From assembly GCA_040384485.1 (NCBI GenBank), contig JAZKJH010000002.1:22235-86234 (forward strand): a stretch of DNA of 64,000 nt, given 5' to 3'. This stretch comes from Patescibacteria group bacterium. GTDB taxonomy: Bacteria; Patescibacteriota; Minisyncoccia; Phycocordibacterales; DATDWN01. Numbering within the stretch: the first letter of the stretch is position 1; each line of letters opens with the position of its first letter. Positions 35,535-44,741 of this stretch are shown in pieces. The notes below the pieces were generated by a model, which was not told the DNA's origin, did no database searches, and was given only the letters and a program-made list of their open reading frames with translations. The position numbers and the translations under genes are program-made.

Positions 35535-37436
35535 TTATAAAAGCGAAGAAGGGTTAACCTTTATTGCAAAGCTCAGAGGCAGTTCTCTCAATTTTCTTAG
35601 TAAATCTCTATTAACCCATTCAGCTTCTTCCATGGAAATAAGCCCATGTCCGGTGTATTTTGCATCTCCTCCCGGTCTCCATCCTGGGAAAATAGAAAGC
35701 TCGTGGGGTTTTAAAAACAATGCCACACTCTCCATGTTTTTTTTGACTGCTAGCTTCTCGCCCTCAGTTGTGATTTTTATGTACAGTGCAAAAGGAGGGT
35801 AGCCAATATTTTTTCTGTCGGCTATCTCATCCTTATAAAAGTCGAGCAGGTTTCCTCTCACAGCATATTCAAATATTTTTAACCCGAAAGAATCTGGCTC
35901 TTGCCTTGTTTGTATAAGAAAGTTTCTTTGAGTAAGTGCACGCATTTCTAGTAGGATGTGAAATATTTTTTCGTTAATTTGAAAATCAGGTATCGAAAAA
36001 TATGAATCAATCGATGCGACAGCAGAGTTTTCTAGCTCTTGGTTTAAATAAGATATAGCCATTTCAGTTCCTATGAGCACGCTTCCTGGGGTACTGTAAA
36101 AAGCATCTCTCATTTTTACTGCCTGCTTGTGGGTTTTTACATTGTCTTTATCCATCACAAACACTGCCATTCCAGGAAACAAAGTAAGTATTTCCTCTTT
36201 TATTTTTTCTGTGCCAATTCCGAGTGGGGTGAGTCTCCACCCGTTACAGTGCACACACAGCTCTTCAGCCACTCTTCTTTCTCCACAATGATTACAAACA
36301 AACATATGTTTACTTACACCTTCTTTTTTGCCATACAATACTATCGGAGCCTTGCAGTTTTTACATGCCACGGTAGTGCCACAGTCACTACACACAGTGA
36401 TAGGATACATACCTTTTCTACCGCAGAATACAAAAGTGCGTTCGTTGTTCTCTTTGGTTTTTTCCAATATTGCTTTTAGTTCAGGACTTAGTAGCGAGAA
36501 CTCCTTTTTTTTCATATCCTTGGAATGGTTGTTTTGGATGATTTCACATTTCGCGCTCGTTAGAGATCTGAATTTTAGGGGAGCTAGGGCTGTGTATTTT
36601 CCGCTTTTTTCCTTCCACAAAGTTTCAACTCGCAAAAGGATGTCTCCAAATATTATTTTTGTTTTTGTTTCCTTGGCGATTGTCTCGGCAACATGACGGA
36701 TATCTAGAAAAGGTCTAGCTTGCATTTTGTATCCTCGAGAACTTTCTTTGTCTAAAATAATAACTCCAATATCTTTTCTTGGTATAGATAAAAAGGACCC
36801 TGTTCCTATGATTAGCACAGGGTGGGGGTTTTGAACAACCTCGTTCCATTTAGTTTCCATATCTTTTTTGGAAAGACCCCCATGAAAAATATATGTATAC
36901 GGTTCGATACCTTTTTCTAGGGTGTTTTTACTATTTAAAATATCTTCTGTAGTAGGTAAGCAAAAGAACACACTTCGATTTTTTGCAAATTCTTCTCTTA
37001 TAATACTCCTGTATGTAGCGTATCTTTCTTCAGTTTCTGTTTGGAGCAACTGAGTTTCATAAAAGTTTTCTATTTCTCCTTCAGTGGCTTCTTGTAAATT
37101 CGGAGACTCAAGTATGGACTGAGGCAATAGGGAATATATAGTTGAACCCAAACTTGCTGCTGCATAGTCGGCCACCTTTTCACAACTTTTGATAAATGAA
37201 TTTAAAAATATTTTTTTTCCGTTCCCTTTGTTTATTTTCCTAATTCCATAAGGAAGGTTTTTAATTTCCGACTTAATATCCTTTACTTCTTTTGTTTCCA
37301 CAACCAAACCAAAGCTTTCTTTGTTTCTTATGGGTATAGATACCACAGATCCTATGGCTATATCTTGGTTTGTAAAATAAGTGAGTGTGTCTGTACCTAT
37401 CCCTTTTTTTATCGGTATTACAGTTACAGTTTGCAT
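35535..37436 (-). CDS. priA: Primosomal protein N' (PriA) homolog with degenerate Walker A and Walker B motifs
   Basis: N-terminal 3'-BD-like domain, Cys-rich zinc-binding region (CSDCG...CKNC...CNHCG...CVHCNG) and C-terminal domain. LLQTETEERY sits where the GxGKT P-loop is expected, and DKES where DEEH is expected. Confidence 0.65.
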   Translation of the reverse strand: MQTVTVIPIKKGIGTDTLTYFTNQDIAIGSVVSIPIRNKESFGLVVETKEVKDIKSEIKNLPYGIRKINKGNGKKIFLNSFIKSCEKVADYAAASLGSTIYSLLPQSILESPNLQEATEGEIENFYETQLLQTETEERYATYRSIIREEFAKNRSVFFCLPTTEDILNSKNTLEKGIEPYTYIFHGGLSKKDMETKWNEVVQNPHPVLIIGTGSFLSIPRKDIGVIILDKESSRGYKMQARPFLDIRHVAETIAKETKTKIIFGDILLRVETLWKEKSGKYTALAPLKFRSLTSAKCEIIQNNHSKDMKKKEFSLLSPELKAILEKTKENNERTFVFCGRKGMYPITVCSDCGTTVACKNCKAPIVLYGKKEGVSKHMFVCNHCGERRVAEELCVHCNGWRLTPLGIGTEKIKEEILTLFPGMAVFVMDKDNVKTHKQAVKMRDAFYSTPGSVLIGTEMAISYLNQELENSAVASIDSYFSIPDFQINEKIFHILLEMRALTQRNFLIQTRQEPDSFGLKIFEYAVRGNLLDFYKDEIADRKNIGYPPFALYIKITTEGEKLAVKKNMESVALFLKPHELSIFPGWRPGGDAKYTGHGLISMEEAEWVNRDLLRKLRELPLSFAIKVNPSSLL

Positions 37437-37679
37437 CTGTAAATTATAGCCTAAAACGCTGTAAATTAGCCATTTTATTAGAAAATACAGGGCTCAAGAA
37501 GTAAATATTGACAATATACATAATAAGGTGTATAATAGTAAAAGTAGTTCTTTCAAAACAAGATCGTAACCTGTATAAATCAGGCCTTTTAGGATAGCAC
37601 TTTGAACGCCATTTTGGTTTTTAAAGTGCTACCCTTAAGGAGCTGTGTGACGAGCAAGAACTCGTTATGGAGTTATCAA

Positions 37680-38501
37680 ATGATGCGAAAGTTTTTCCTT
37701 GCAATGGTTTTGGTCTGCCTCGGCATGTCCAGTGTCGCTTGCAGTGCGGTTTCCCCGGACGCTGGCTACGAAGCCGTGTTGGTGAAGAAGCCGTGGTTGT
37801 TTGGGTCTGGTGGTATTGATCCCACGCCGATCAAGGCCGGCAAGACAACGTACGTTGCATTAAGCACCGAGGTTGTGTATGTGAACATGCAGCCTCAGGA
37901 GACTGAGATCGAATTCAAGGACGCCATGACCTCGACGGGTGTTCCTGTTGAATTCCACTCAGCAATGCAGTGGAAGTTTAATGACAGCGTCAAGGCGGTC
38001 TCGGACTTCGGAGTCGACGCTGGCTTTTTCTCTCGGAATATCGAGCAGAAATATCGTATGTCGGTTCGGGATGCAGTCAAAAAGCAGTCCCTGATCGCGA
38101 TTGCCATCGATGCGTCGGCGGCAGAAACCGTTGACTTGGAAGTGAAAACTGCAACGCTGGCAGTCATTAAAGAAGTGGGTGCCCCGATGGAGTTGTTAGG
38201 CGTAACTCTCGGTAAAGCCAACCCTCCTGACGCAGTGAAGACACAGCGTATCCACACTGCCGAACAGCAGCAGCGTCAGGAAACGGAACGGCAGGGCAAG
38301 TTGGCCGAAGATGCGCGAAAATTCCATGAGGAAAGTCGTGCCGAGGCTGACATGGCATATCTCCGAAAGATGAATCTGTCGCCTGAGCAGTTTATTCAGC
38401 TCAAGCAGATCGAAACATTGAAGCAGGTGTGTGCCTGGGAACGTGGCAACTGCACGTTCGTCACAGGCAACACCGGCGGTGCCATGTTCACCATTAAGTA
38501 A
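37680..38501 (+). CDS. SPFH/band-7 domain lipoprotein encoded in a GC-rich island (start taken at MMRKFF...; ORF track start 37602)
   Basis: Signal peptide with a lipobox-like LGMSSVAC, an SPFH-like core, and a C-terminal coiled coil rich in Q/E/R/A. Confidence 0.5.
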   Translation: MMRKFFLAMVLVCLGMSSVACSAVSPDAGYEAVLVKKPWLFGSGGIDPTPIKAGKTTYVALSTEVVYVNMQPQETEIEFKDAMTSTGVPVEFHSAMQWKFNDSVKAVSDFGVDAGFFSRNIEQKYRMSVRDAVKKQSLIAIAIDASAAETVDLEVKTATLAVIKEVGAPMELLGVTLGKANPPDAVKTQRIHTAEQQQRQETERQGKLAEDARKFHEESRAEADMAYLRKMNLSPEQFIQLKQIETLKQVCAWERGNCTFVTGNTGGAMFTIK

Positions 38502-38518
38502 CAGAATTTTGCAAGACA

Positions 38519-38556
38519 CAGGGCCTAGACGTATATGCGTCTAGGCCCTTTTTTAT
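38519..38556. terminator. Intrinsic terminator gggcctagacg-tatatg-cgtctaggccc followed by T6
   Basis: Perfect 11-bp GC-rich stem. Confidence 0.7.
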
Positions 38557-39293
38557 ATAGCTACCTGCATTAACATCTGGTTATCATCTATATATATAGT
38601 TTTCTCTGTTTCCACCACAAAAAAAGGATCCTTACCTTTGTAGATAGGCATGAAGTTTTGAGTCCCGACTTTGCTGACTTCTATAGCATAGATAGCTCCA
38701 CCGGCTGAAAACATAACCACATCAGTTCTATTTTTATAAAAATCCAGGTTTTTAATCTTCACTTCAGATTTCAGTACTTCCAAAGTCTCTCCATTTTTTA
38801 CAGCAAAAATTGTATTATCTTTTACAAATATTTTTACATCTTCAGTTTTATGTACTTTGGGAGTATTCTCATCAGGTAACTTATTTTCTAGGATGCTTTT
38901 TTTGATAGCTCGATAATCTTTATCTGTTTCTCCAATAATATAACCAGATGGATTTTGTGGAACGAACATTGGGTTCAATGTTACGAGTCCCTTGCTTGGC
39001 ATGACAATATCTTTGGTCCAAGGATAAAATTCTTTTAGAGCAACTATAATTTTATGAGTTTTAGGAGAAACTTTTTTTTCAATACTCTCATTCTCTACAA
39101 TAGTTGTTATTTTTTGGTCGTCATTTATATAAACATCAGTTCCTATGTATGGAGTGTTGATGACCAATGTTCCTGTTTTTCCTATGCCAACTTCAGATGT
39201 TATTCTCCACCCACTTACATACATAATTATTAAAAACAATACGAAGGCTAGAGCTATTGACCACAAGATTTTCTGTTTTTTATCTTTGTTCAT
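38553..39293 (-). CDS. Hypothetical membrane-anchored (N-terminal TM) extracytoplasmic protein
   Basis: 246-aa ORF with one TM near the N-terminus. Confidence 0.35.
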   Translation of the reverse strand: MNKDKKQKILWSIALAFVLFLIIMYVSGWRITSEVGIGKTGTLVINTPYIGTDVYINDDQKITTIVENESIEKKVSPKTHKIIVALKEFYPWTKDIVMPSKGLVTLNPMFVPQNPSGYIIGETDKDYRAIKKSILENKLPDENTPKVHKTEDVKIFVKDNTIFAVKNGETLEVLKSEVKIKNLDFYKNRTDVVMFSAGGAIYAIEVSKVGTQNFMPIYKGKDPFFVVETEKTIYIDDNQMLMQVAI

Positions 39294-39335
39294 TCCTGTT
39301 AGAAATTGGTTATTATTTATGGTATTCTACCCTAT

Positions 39336-40349
39336 ATGGGAATTTTTTCAAAAAAGCTCGGAATAGACTTAGGAACTGCCAACATCTTAGTTTTTTTGCC
39401 TGGCAGAGGAGTCGTATTAAATGAGCCATCTGTTGTTGCTGTGTCAGAAGAGGATAACAGGATAATTGCTATTGGTCTAGAAGCAAAAGAGATGATAGGC
39501 AGAACTCCTGACAATATAATTGCTTACAGACCAATGAAGGATGGAGTGATAGCTGATTATAGAGTGACAGAGGCGATGCTACGATACTATATAGATAAAG
39601 CACTAGGAAAATGGAATTTTGTTAAACCAGAGGTTTTAGTTTCTGTTCCTGCCGGGGTAACATCTACGGAAAGACGAGCCGTGATAGAAGCAGCGGTTAG
39701 AGCAGGGGCCAAAAATGCGTATGTGGTGAAAGAACCTATTCTTGCAGCTATCGGGGCGGGCATCCCTATCAATGAAGCGATGGGACACATGATAGTGGAT
39801 ATAGGAGGAGGAACAACTGACGTTGCTGTAATATCGCTTTCCGGAATAGTTGCATCCACTTCTGTAAAATGTGCAGGAAATAAAATCGATCACGCTATTA
39901 CTGACTATATCAAAAAAACTTTTAACCTAGCTATCGGAGATAAAACCGCAGAAGATATAAAAATAAAAATTGGTTCAGCTATTCCACTTGAGGAAGAATT
40001 GTCTATGATGATAAAAGGCCGAGACTTTGTTACCGGACTTCCGCGAAGTGTAGAAATAAAAACAAATGAGATAGTAAAAGCTATAAGTAAGGACCTTCGA
40101 GAAATGATAAAAGCTATCAAGGATGTGCTTCAAGAAACTCCACCGGAACTTTCATCAGACATTATAGACAAAGGAATTATTATGACAGGAGGAACATCTC
40201 AACTTAGAAATTTTCCAGAGCTTGTATTTAGACGAACTGGAGTGAAGTCAGTTCTAGCAAAGGATCCGTTGTATTGTGTAGTAAAGGGAACAGGGATTGC
40301 ATTAGAACATTTAGATACCTACAAGCGGCTTATTATATCCAAAAGATAG
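39336..40349 (+). CDS. mreB: Rod shape-determining protein MreB (paralog 1)
   Basis: MGIFSKKLGIDLGTANILVF...NEPSVVAV...DIGGGTTD actin-fold motifs. Confidence 0.85.
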   Translation: MGIFSKKLGIDLGTANILVFLPGRGVVLNEPSVVAVSEEDNRIIAIGLEAKEMIGRTPDNIIAYRPMKDGVIADYRVTEAMLRYYIDKALGKWNFVKPEVLVSVPAGVTSTERRAVIEAAVRAGAKNAYVVKEPILAAIGAGIPINEAMGHMIVDIGGGTTDVAVISLSGIVASTSVKCAGNKIDHAITDYIKKTFNLAIGDKTAEDIKIKIGSAIPLEEELSMMIKGRDFVTGLPRSVEIKTNEIVKAISKDLREMIKAIKDVLQETPPELSSDIIDKGIIMTGGTSQLRNFPELVFRRTGVKSVLAKDPLYCVVKGTGIALEHLDTYKRLIISKR

Positions 40350-40398
40350 GATTTGAATTTATTTATAAAAATGATAGTGTTCTATCCGGAGGTTAGTT

Positions 40399-40602
40399 AT
40401 GTGGACGATTGAATACGGTTCTAAAAACTACGGAGCACTTCACTCAGAAGAGGAGGCCAATGAGTTTCTGTTGAATAAAGGCTGGAAACGAGTTACCGGC
40501 ACACGAAAGCGACGCACGTTTTCCAAAAAGATTGATGGAAATATCAAACTAGCTACAGTTAAGCAAGTCTTCTCATATGAGAGCTACACCCTGTTGCCCT
40601 GA
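40399..40602 (+). CDS. Small basic protein of unknown function, paralog A (MWTIEYGSKNYG...LLP), higher GC
   Basis: GGAGG RBS, its own terminator, and a paralogue of the next ORF. Confidence 0.4.
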   Translation: MWTIEYGSKNYGALHSEEEANEFLLNKGWKRVTGTRKRRTFSKKIDGNIKLATVKQVFSYESYTLLP

Positions 40603-40610
40603 TCGTTCAA

Positions 40611-40640
40611 AATCCAGCAGACTACTCGCTGGATTTTTTG
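40611..40640 (+). terminator. Intrinsic terminator aatccagc-agactact-cgctggatt followed by T6
   Basis: Hairpin and T-run. Confidence 0.6.
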
Positions 40641-40736
40641 TATAAGAAACAGATTTCCAAGAGGTGATCGAAGCACCCAGTAGGTTGCTTGAGAAAATAC
40701 AAAAGGATGCTACTATCTTTGTGGAGGTGTTTAGAA

Positions 40737-40948
40737 TGTGGACCATTGAATACGAAGGTAAATTCTACGGGGAATTCCGTGAAGACCAGTCCGCTATTAT
40801 GTTTTTGATAAACAGGGGCTGGCGATACCGCCCACGTAGATTTTCTCAGCGCAGGTATTTGAGAGGAGTGGGGAGTCGTCTTAAGATGGTTCAGGTTGTG
40901 TGGAAGGCAGGTTTCTTTATTGCTGAAGATCGAGAGCTACTTCCATAG
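40737..40948 (+). CDS. Small basic protein of unknown function, paralog B (MWTIEYEGKFYG...LLP); start taken at the internal ATG after a GGAGGTG RBS
   Basis: Clear N-terminal and C-terminal identity to paralog A. Confidence 0.4.
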
Positions 40949-40956
40949 AATTGTTG

Positions 40957-40996
40957 AATCCAGTGATAGCATCGTGCTGTTACTGGATTTTTTTAT
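40957..40996 (+). terminator. Intrinsic terminator atccagt-gatagcatcgtgctgtt-actggat followed by T8
   Basis: Hairpin and T-run. Confidence 0.55.
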
Positions 40997-41039
40997 TTGC
41001 CGACATTTCGGTGACGATTTGATATACTGGGATATATTT

Positions 41040-41708
41040 ATGCAAACATTTTTTGAGTCATACAAGAATTCTGGAGATTTGCACCATGCCTATTTTTTAG
41101 TGGGGGATACAAAACACATCCTCTCAAACCTTATCCCTTTCCTGAAGGATAAGGTAGGGGTGTCGGTCCAAGGTTCAGCAGATTTTTGGCATGGCAAGTT
41201 CCACAACATGACAGTGGAGGAGACAAAAAGCATCTACGCAATGTCACAAAACAAGGACTTCGCTCGAGGCAAAAAGATTTTTATAATTGAAACTGATTTT
41301 ATAACAGAGGAAGCTCAGAACACCATGCTCAAGTTTTTTGAAGAGCCTACCCCAGGCACTCACTTTTTTATTGTGTCACCTCAAGACTTTCTACTTCCTA
41401 CTTTGCAATCTAGAATAATCAAGATTCACACGATTGCTAGATCCTCGGAAACAAAAGAAAGTATCTTGAGTTTAAATTTAAAAGAAAGGATAGATAGAGT
41501 AAAAGTAATTACCGAGTCAATTAAGGACGACGAGGGCACAAAACAGGATGCCATAAGTTTGTTAAATGACATAGAAAAGGAACTCTATACTGATGGAGTA
41601 GAAAAAAACTATGACAGGTTGGAGTTATGTCAGAAAACTAGGCAATCTCTATATGATAGAGGTGCTCCAATTAAAATCGTGTTGGAAAACCTACTTATTT
41701 CAATTTAA
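41040..41708 (+). CDS. holB: DNA polymerase III delta'-like subunit (clamp-loader, inactive AAA+)
   Basis: HAYFLVGD (no P-loop Lys), Walker B-like FIIETD, SRC-like region TLQSRI. Confidence 0.55.
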   Translation: MQTFFESYKNSGDLHHAYFLVGDTKHILSNLIPFLKDKVGVSVQGSADFWHGKFHNMTVEETKSIYAMSQNKDFARGKKIFIIETDFITEEAQNTMLKFFEEPTPGTHFFIVSPQDFLLPTLQSRIIKIHTIARSSETKESILSLNLKERIDRVKVITESIKDDEGTKQDAISLLNDIEKELYTDGVEKNYDRLELCQKTRQSLYDRGAPIKIVLENLLISI

Positions 41709-41736
41709 AGGACGGTTATGTTAATATCATAGCCAT

Positions 41737-42288
41737 ATGGCATACAATTTTTCACCATTTAAAACTGCAACAAAGGACACTGAAGAGTGGCTAAAAAGAG
41801 AATACTCAGGGATAAGAACAGGAAGAGCAACTCCCGCTATACTTGATGTCGTTTCTGTAGAAGCCTACGGTTCAATGATGCCAATAAACCAAGTAGCAAA
41901 CATATCTGTAGAGGACGCTCGAATGATTCGTATTTCTCCTTGGGATGCAACTCAGGCAAAAGCTATAGAAAAAGCTATTATGCTTTCTGATCTTGGACTT
42001 TCAGTTACAGTGGACGACAAAGGTCTTCGTGTAGTTTTTCCAGATCTTACTTCAGAAAGAAGACTATCTCTTGTAAAAATAGCCAAACAAAAACTTGAGG
42101 ATGCGAAAATTACTATGAGAGGAGAGAGAGAAAAAGTGCTAAAGGATTTGGATAGACAGGAAAAAGAGGACGGAATGTCAAAGGACGATGTTTTTAGATA
42201 TAAAACTGAACTTCAGAAATTAATAGACGAATCAACTCGGGCACTTGAGGAGTTATTCGAAAAGAAAGAGAAAGAAATAACAGAATAA
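41737..42288 (+). CDS. frr: Ribosome recycling factor
   Basis: ...LKREYSGIRTGRATPAILDVVSVEAYGSMMPINQVANISVEDARMIRI... Confidence 0.9.
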   Translation: MAYNFSPFKTATKDTEEWLKREYSGIRTGRATPAILDVVSVEAYGSMMPINQVANISVEDARMIRISPWDATQAKAIEKAIMLSDLGLSVTVDDKGLRVVFPDLTSERRLSLVKIAKQKLEDAKITMRGEREKVLKDLDRQEKEDGMSKDDVFRYKTELQKLIDESTRALEELFEKKEKEITE

Positions 42289-42291
42289 TCC

Positions 42292-43389
42292 ATGTCTATA
42301 ATTTTATTTATCATAATTTTAGCTGTTTTAATTTTGGTTCACGAGTTCGGGCATTTTATCGTAGCCAAAAAATCAGGAGTAAGGGTTGATGAATTTGGCC
42401 TAGGATTTCCTCCAAAACTTTGGGCAAAAAAATTTGGTGATACATTATATACACTTAACGCGATACCGTTTGGGGGATTTGTGAAAATATTTGGAGAGGA
42501 TCCACACAGCACTGAGATAAAAGAAGAAGACAAAGCAACAAGTTTTTACTATAAGCCAAAATGGATCCAAGCTTCTATTCTTGTTGCAGGAGTAGTGTTC
42601 AACCTTATTTTTGCTTGGTTGCTGATTTCCGGAACATTTATGATGGGTGTGCCAGCTACAGAGGGTCATTCAAGGTGGGGAGAGGTGATGGACGCAAAAA
42701 TGTCCATAACTGCAGTTGCACCAGATTCACCAGCAGCACTTGGTGGTATTGAAACAGGCGACACAGTTCTATTTGTTTCTTCTGAGGTCGGTTTTGCTCA
42801 AGGGGAGAGTCTGACTGTTGAGAATATACAAAAAGTTATAAGTGAGAGTGAGAGTCAAGTTGAGATTTTATATAAAGATCCATCAGGCGTAACTCAAACT
42901 GCCTTTATTGAACCAACCTTAGACGATGCTTCTGGTAGAAAAGTAATAGGTGTTTCTTTAGACAAAGTCGGAATATTGAGACTACCTGTTCACTATGCTT
43001 TTCTAGAAGGTGCGCGTACTACATATTTATTTACAAAAGCTACTGCAATAGGTTTAGGTGACTTTTTGTGGAATGTTGTTACTTTTAAATCAGACTTTTC
43101 TCAAGTCTCTGGCCCTGTCGGTATCGCTGGCATAGTTGGGGAAGCAAGCGGACTAGGTTTGGTATACGTTTTGTCACTTGTTGCAGTCATCTCAATCAAC
43201 CTTGCTATTATCAATCTTGTACCTTTTCCTGCTCTTGATGGGGGAAGACTACTCTTTGTACTAATAGAGTCTATAACCAGGCGTCCAATCAATCCAAAAT
43301 TCGCAATCTGGGCTAACACTATAGGTTTCGTACTTCTTATTATTCTAATGATAGTAGTGACTGGACACGACATATTCCGCCTATTTTAA
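42292..43389 (+). CDS. rseP: Site-2 protease RseP-like (M50 zinc metalloprotease with a PDZ domain)
   Basis: HEFGHFIVAK HExxH, PDZ region, C-terminal LDGG motif. Confidence 0.8.
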   Translation: MSIILFIIILAVLILVHEFGHFIVAKKSGVRVDEFGLGFPPKLWAKKFGDTLYTLNAIPFGGFVKIFGEDPHSTEIKEEDKATSFYYKPKWIQASILVAGVVFNLIFAWLLISGTFMMGVPATEGHSRWGEVMDAKMSITAVAPDSPAALGGIETGDTVLFVSSEVGFAQGESLTVENIQKVISESESQVEILYKDPSGVTQTAFIEPTLDDASGRKVIGVSLDKVGILRLPVHYAFLEGARTTYLFTKATAIGLGDFLWNVVTFKSDFSQVSGPVGIAGIVGEASGLGLVYVLSLVAVISINLAIINLVPFPALDGGRLLFVLIESITRRPINPKFAIWANTIGFVLLIILMIVVTGHDIFRLF

Positions 43390-43432
43390 GCCATTTTTTG
43401 ACCTAACAGTTTTTTTAAGATAAGATTTAAGA

Positions 43433-44680
43433 ATGTTACAATCAAAGCTATTTACAAAAACAAGAAAGGAATTTCCAGCTGACGAAACTTCAAAAAATGC
43501 TCAGTTGCTAATACGTGCTGGTTTTATATATAAAGAAATGGCAGGTGTTTATTCCATAATGCCTTTAGGTTTGATGGTGGTAAATAAAATCAAGAAAGTT
43601 GTAAATGAGGAGATGAAGAAAGTAGGTTCTACTGAAATTATAATGTCTACTTTGCAAAACAAAGAGATTTGGGAAACTACAAACAGATGGGATGATAATA
43701 AAGTAGATGTCTGGTTTAAATCCGCATTGAAAAGCGGCGCTGAAGTTGGATTCGGTTGGTCTCATGAGGAACCTATTACAAATATGATGAAAGATCATAT
43801 TTCTAGTTATAACGATCTTCCAAGTTATGTACATCAGTTTCAAAATAAATTAAGAAACGAAGTTCGAGCGAAAAGCGGAATAATGCGCTGTAGAGAATTT
43901 ATCATGAAAGATATGTATTCCTACACTGTAAATGAGGAACAGCACATGGAGTTTTATAACAAAACTATTGAGGCCTACATGAATGTATATAGAAGCCTTG
44001 GATTAGGCGACATTACTTTCGTGACTTCTGCTTCTGGTGGTGTGTTTACCGATAAATTCAGTCACGAATTTCAAACATTGTGTGAAGCAGGTGAAGACAA
44101 TATATATGTTCATGCAGATGGAAAAACTGCTTTAAATGAAGAAGTTTTCAGTGATGAAATGCTAGAAAAACTAAACCTTAAAAAGGAGGATTTTAGTATT
44201 AAAAAAGCAGCAGAAGTCGGAAATATTTTTACATTCGGTACTGCAAAATGCGAAGAACTCGGACTGTATTTTAATGATAAGGATGGTGTTAAAAAACCAG
44301 TTTATCTTGGTTCATATGGAATAGGTATCACAAGGCTTGTTGGGGTTATGGCTGAAACTTTTTCTGATGAAAAGGGACTTGTTTGGCCAAAAGAAGTGGC
44401 GCCTTTCCGTGTGCACTTGGTTCGCCTAGGAGAAAGTGAATCCGTAAAAACTTTTGCAGATGAGTTGTATACACAGTTATTAGAAAAGAATATAGAAGTT
44501 CTCTATGACGATAGAGAGCTACGTCCTGGTGAGAAATTTGCTGACTCTGACCTTATCGGTATTCCTACCCGTTTTGTAGTGAGCGAAAAGACTGTAGCTG
44601 AGGGCAAGGTGGAGATTAAGGATAGAAAGAGTGGGGAGGTCGTGATTGTTTCAAAGGAAGAAGCGGTATCTTCATTGTAA
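43433..44680 (+). CDS. proS: Prolyl-tRNA synthetase (short form lacking the INS editing domain)
   Basis: LLIRAGFI...GVYSIMPLG and class II motifs, with a C-terminal anticodon-binding domain. Confidence 0.75.
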   Translation: MLQSKLFTKTRKEFPADETSKNAQLLIRAGFIYKEMAGVYSIMPLGLMVVNKIKKVVNEEMKKVGSTEIIMSTLQNKEIWETTNRWDDNKVDVWFKSALKSGAEVGFGWSHEEPITNMMKDHISSYNDLPSYVHQFQNKLRNEVRAKSGIMRCREFIMKDMYSYTVNEEQHMEFYNKTIEAYMNVYRSLGLGDITFVTSASGGVFTDKFSHEFQTLCEAGEDNIYVHADGKTALNEEVFSDEMLEKLNLKKEDFSIKKAAEVGNIFTFGTAKCEELGLYFNDKDGVKKPVYLGSYGIGITRLVGVMAETFSDEKGLVWPKEVAPFRVHLVRLGESESVKTFADELYTQLLEKNIEVLYDDRELRPGEKFADSDLIGIPTRFVVSEKTVAEGKVEIKDRKSGEVVIVSKEEAVSSL

Positions 44681-44741
44681 TTTTGTACTTGTTTATTCAC
44701 CTGTCCGCGCAGGCAGGTAATGTTTTCTATTCGTAATACTT

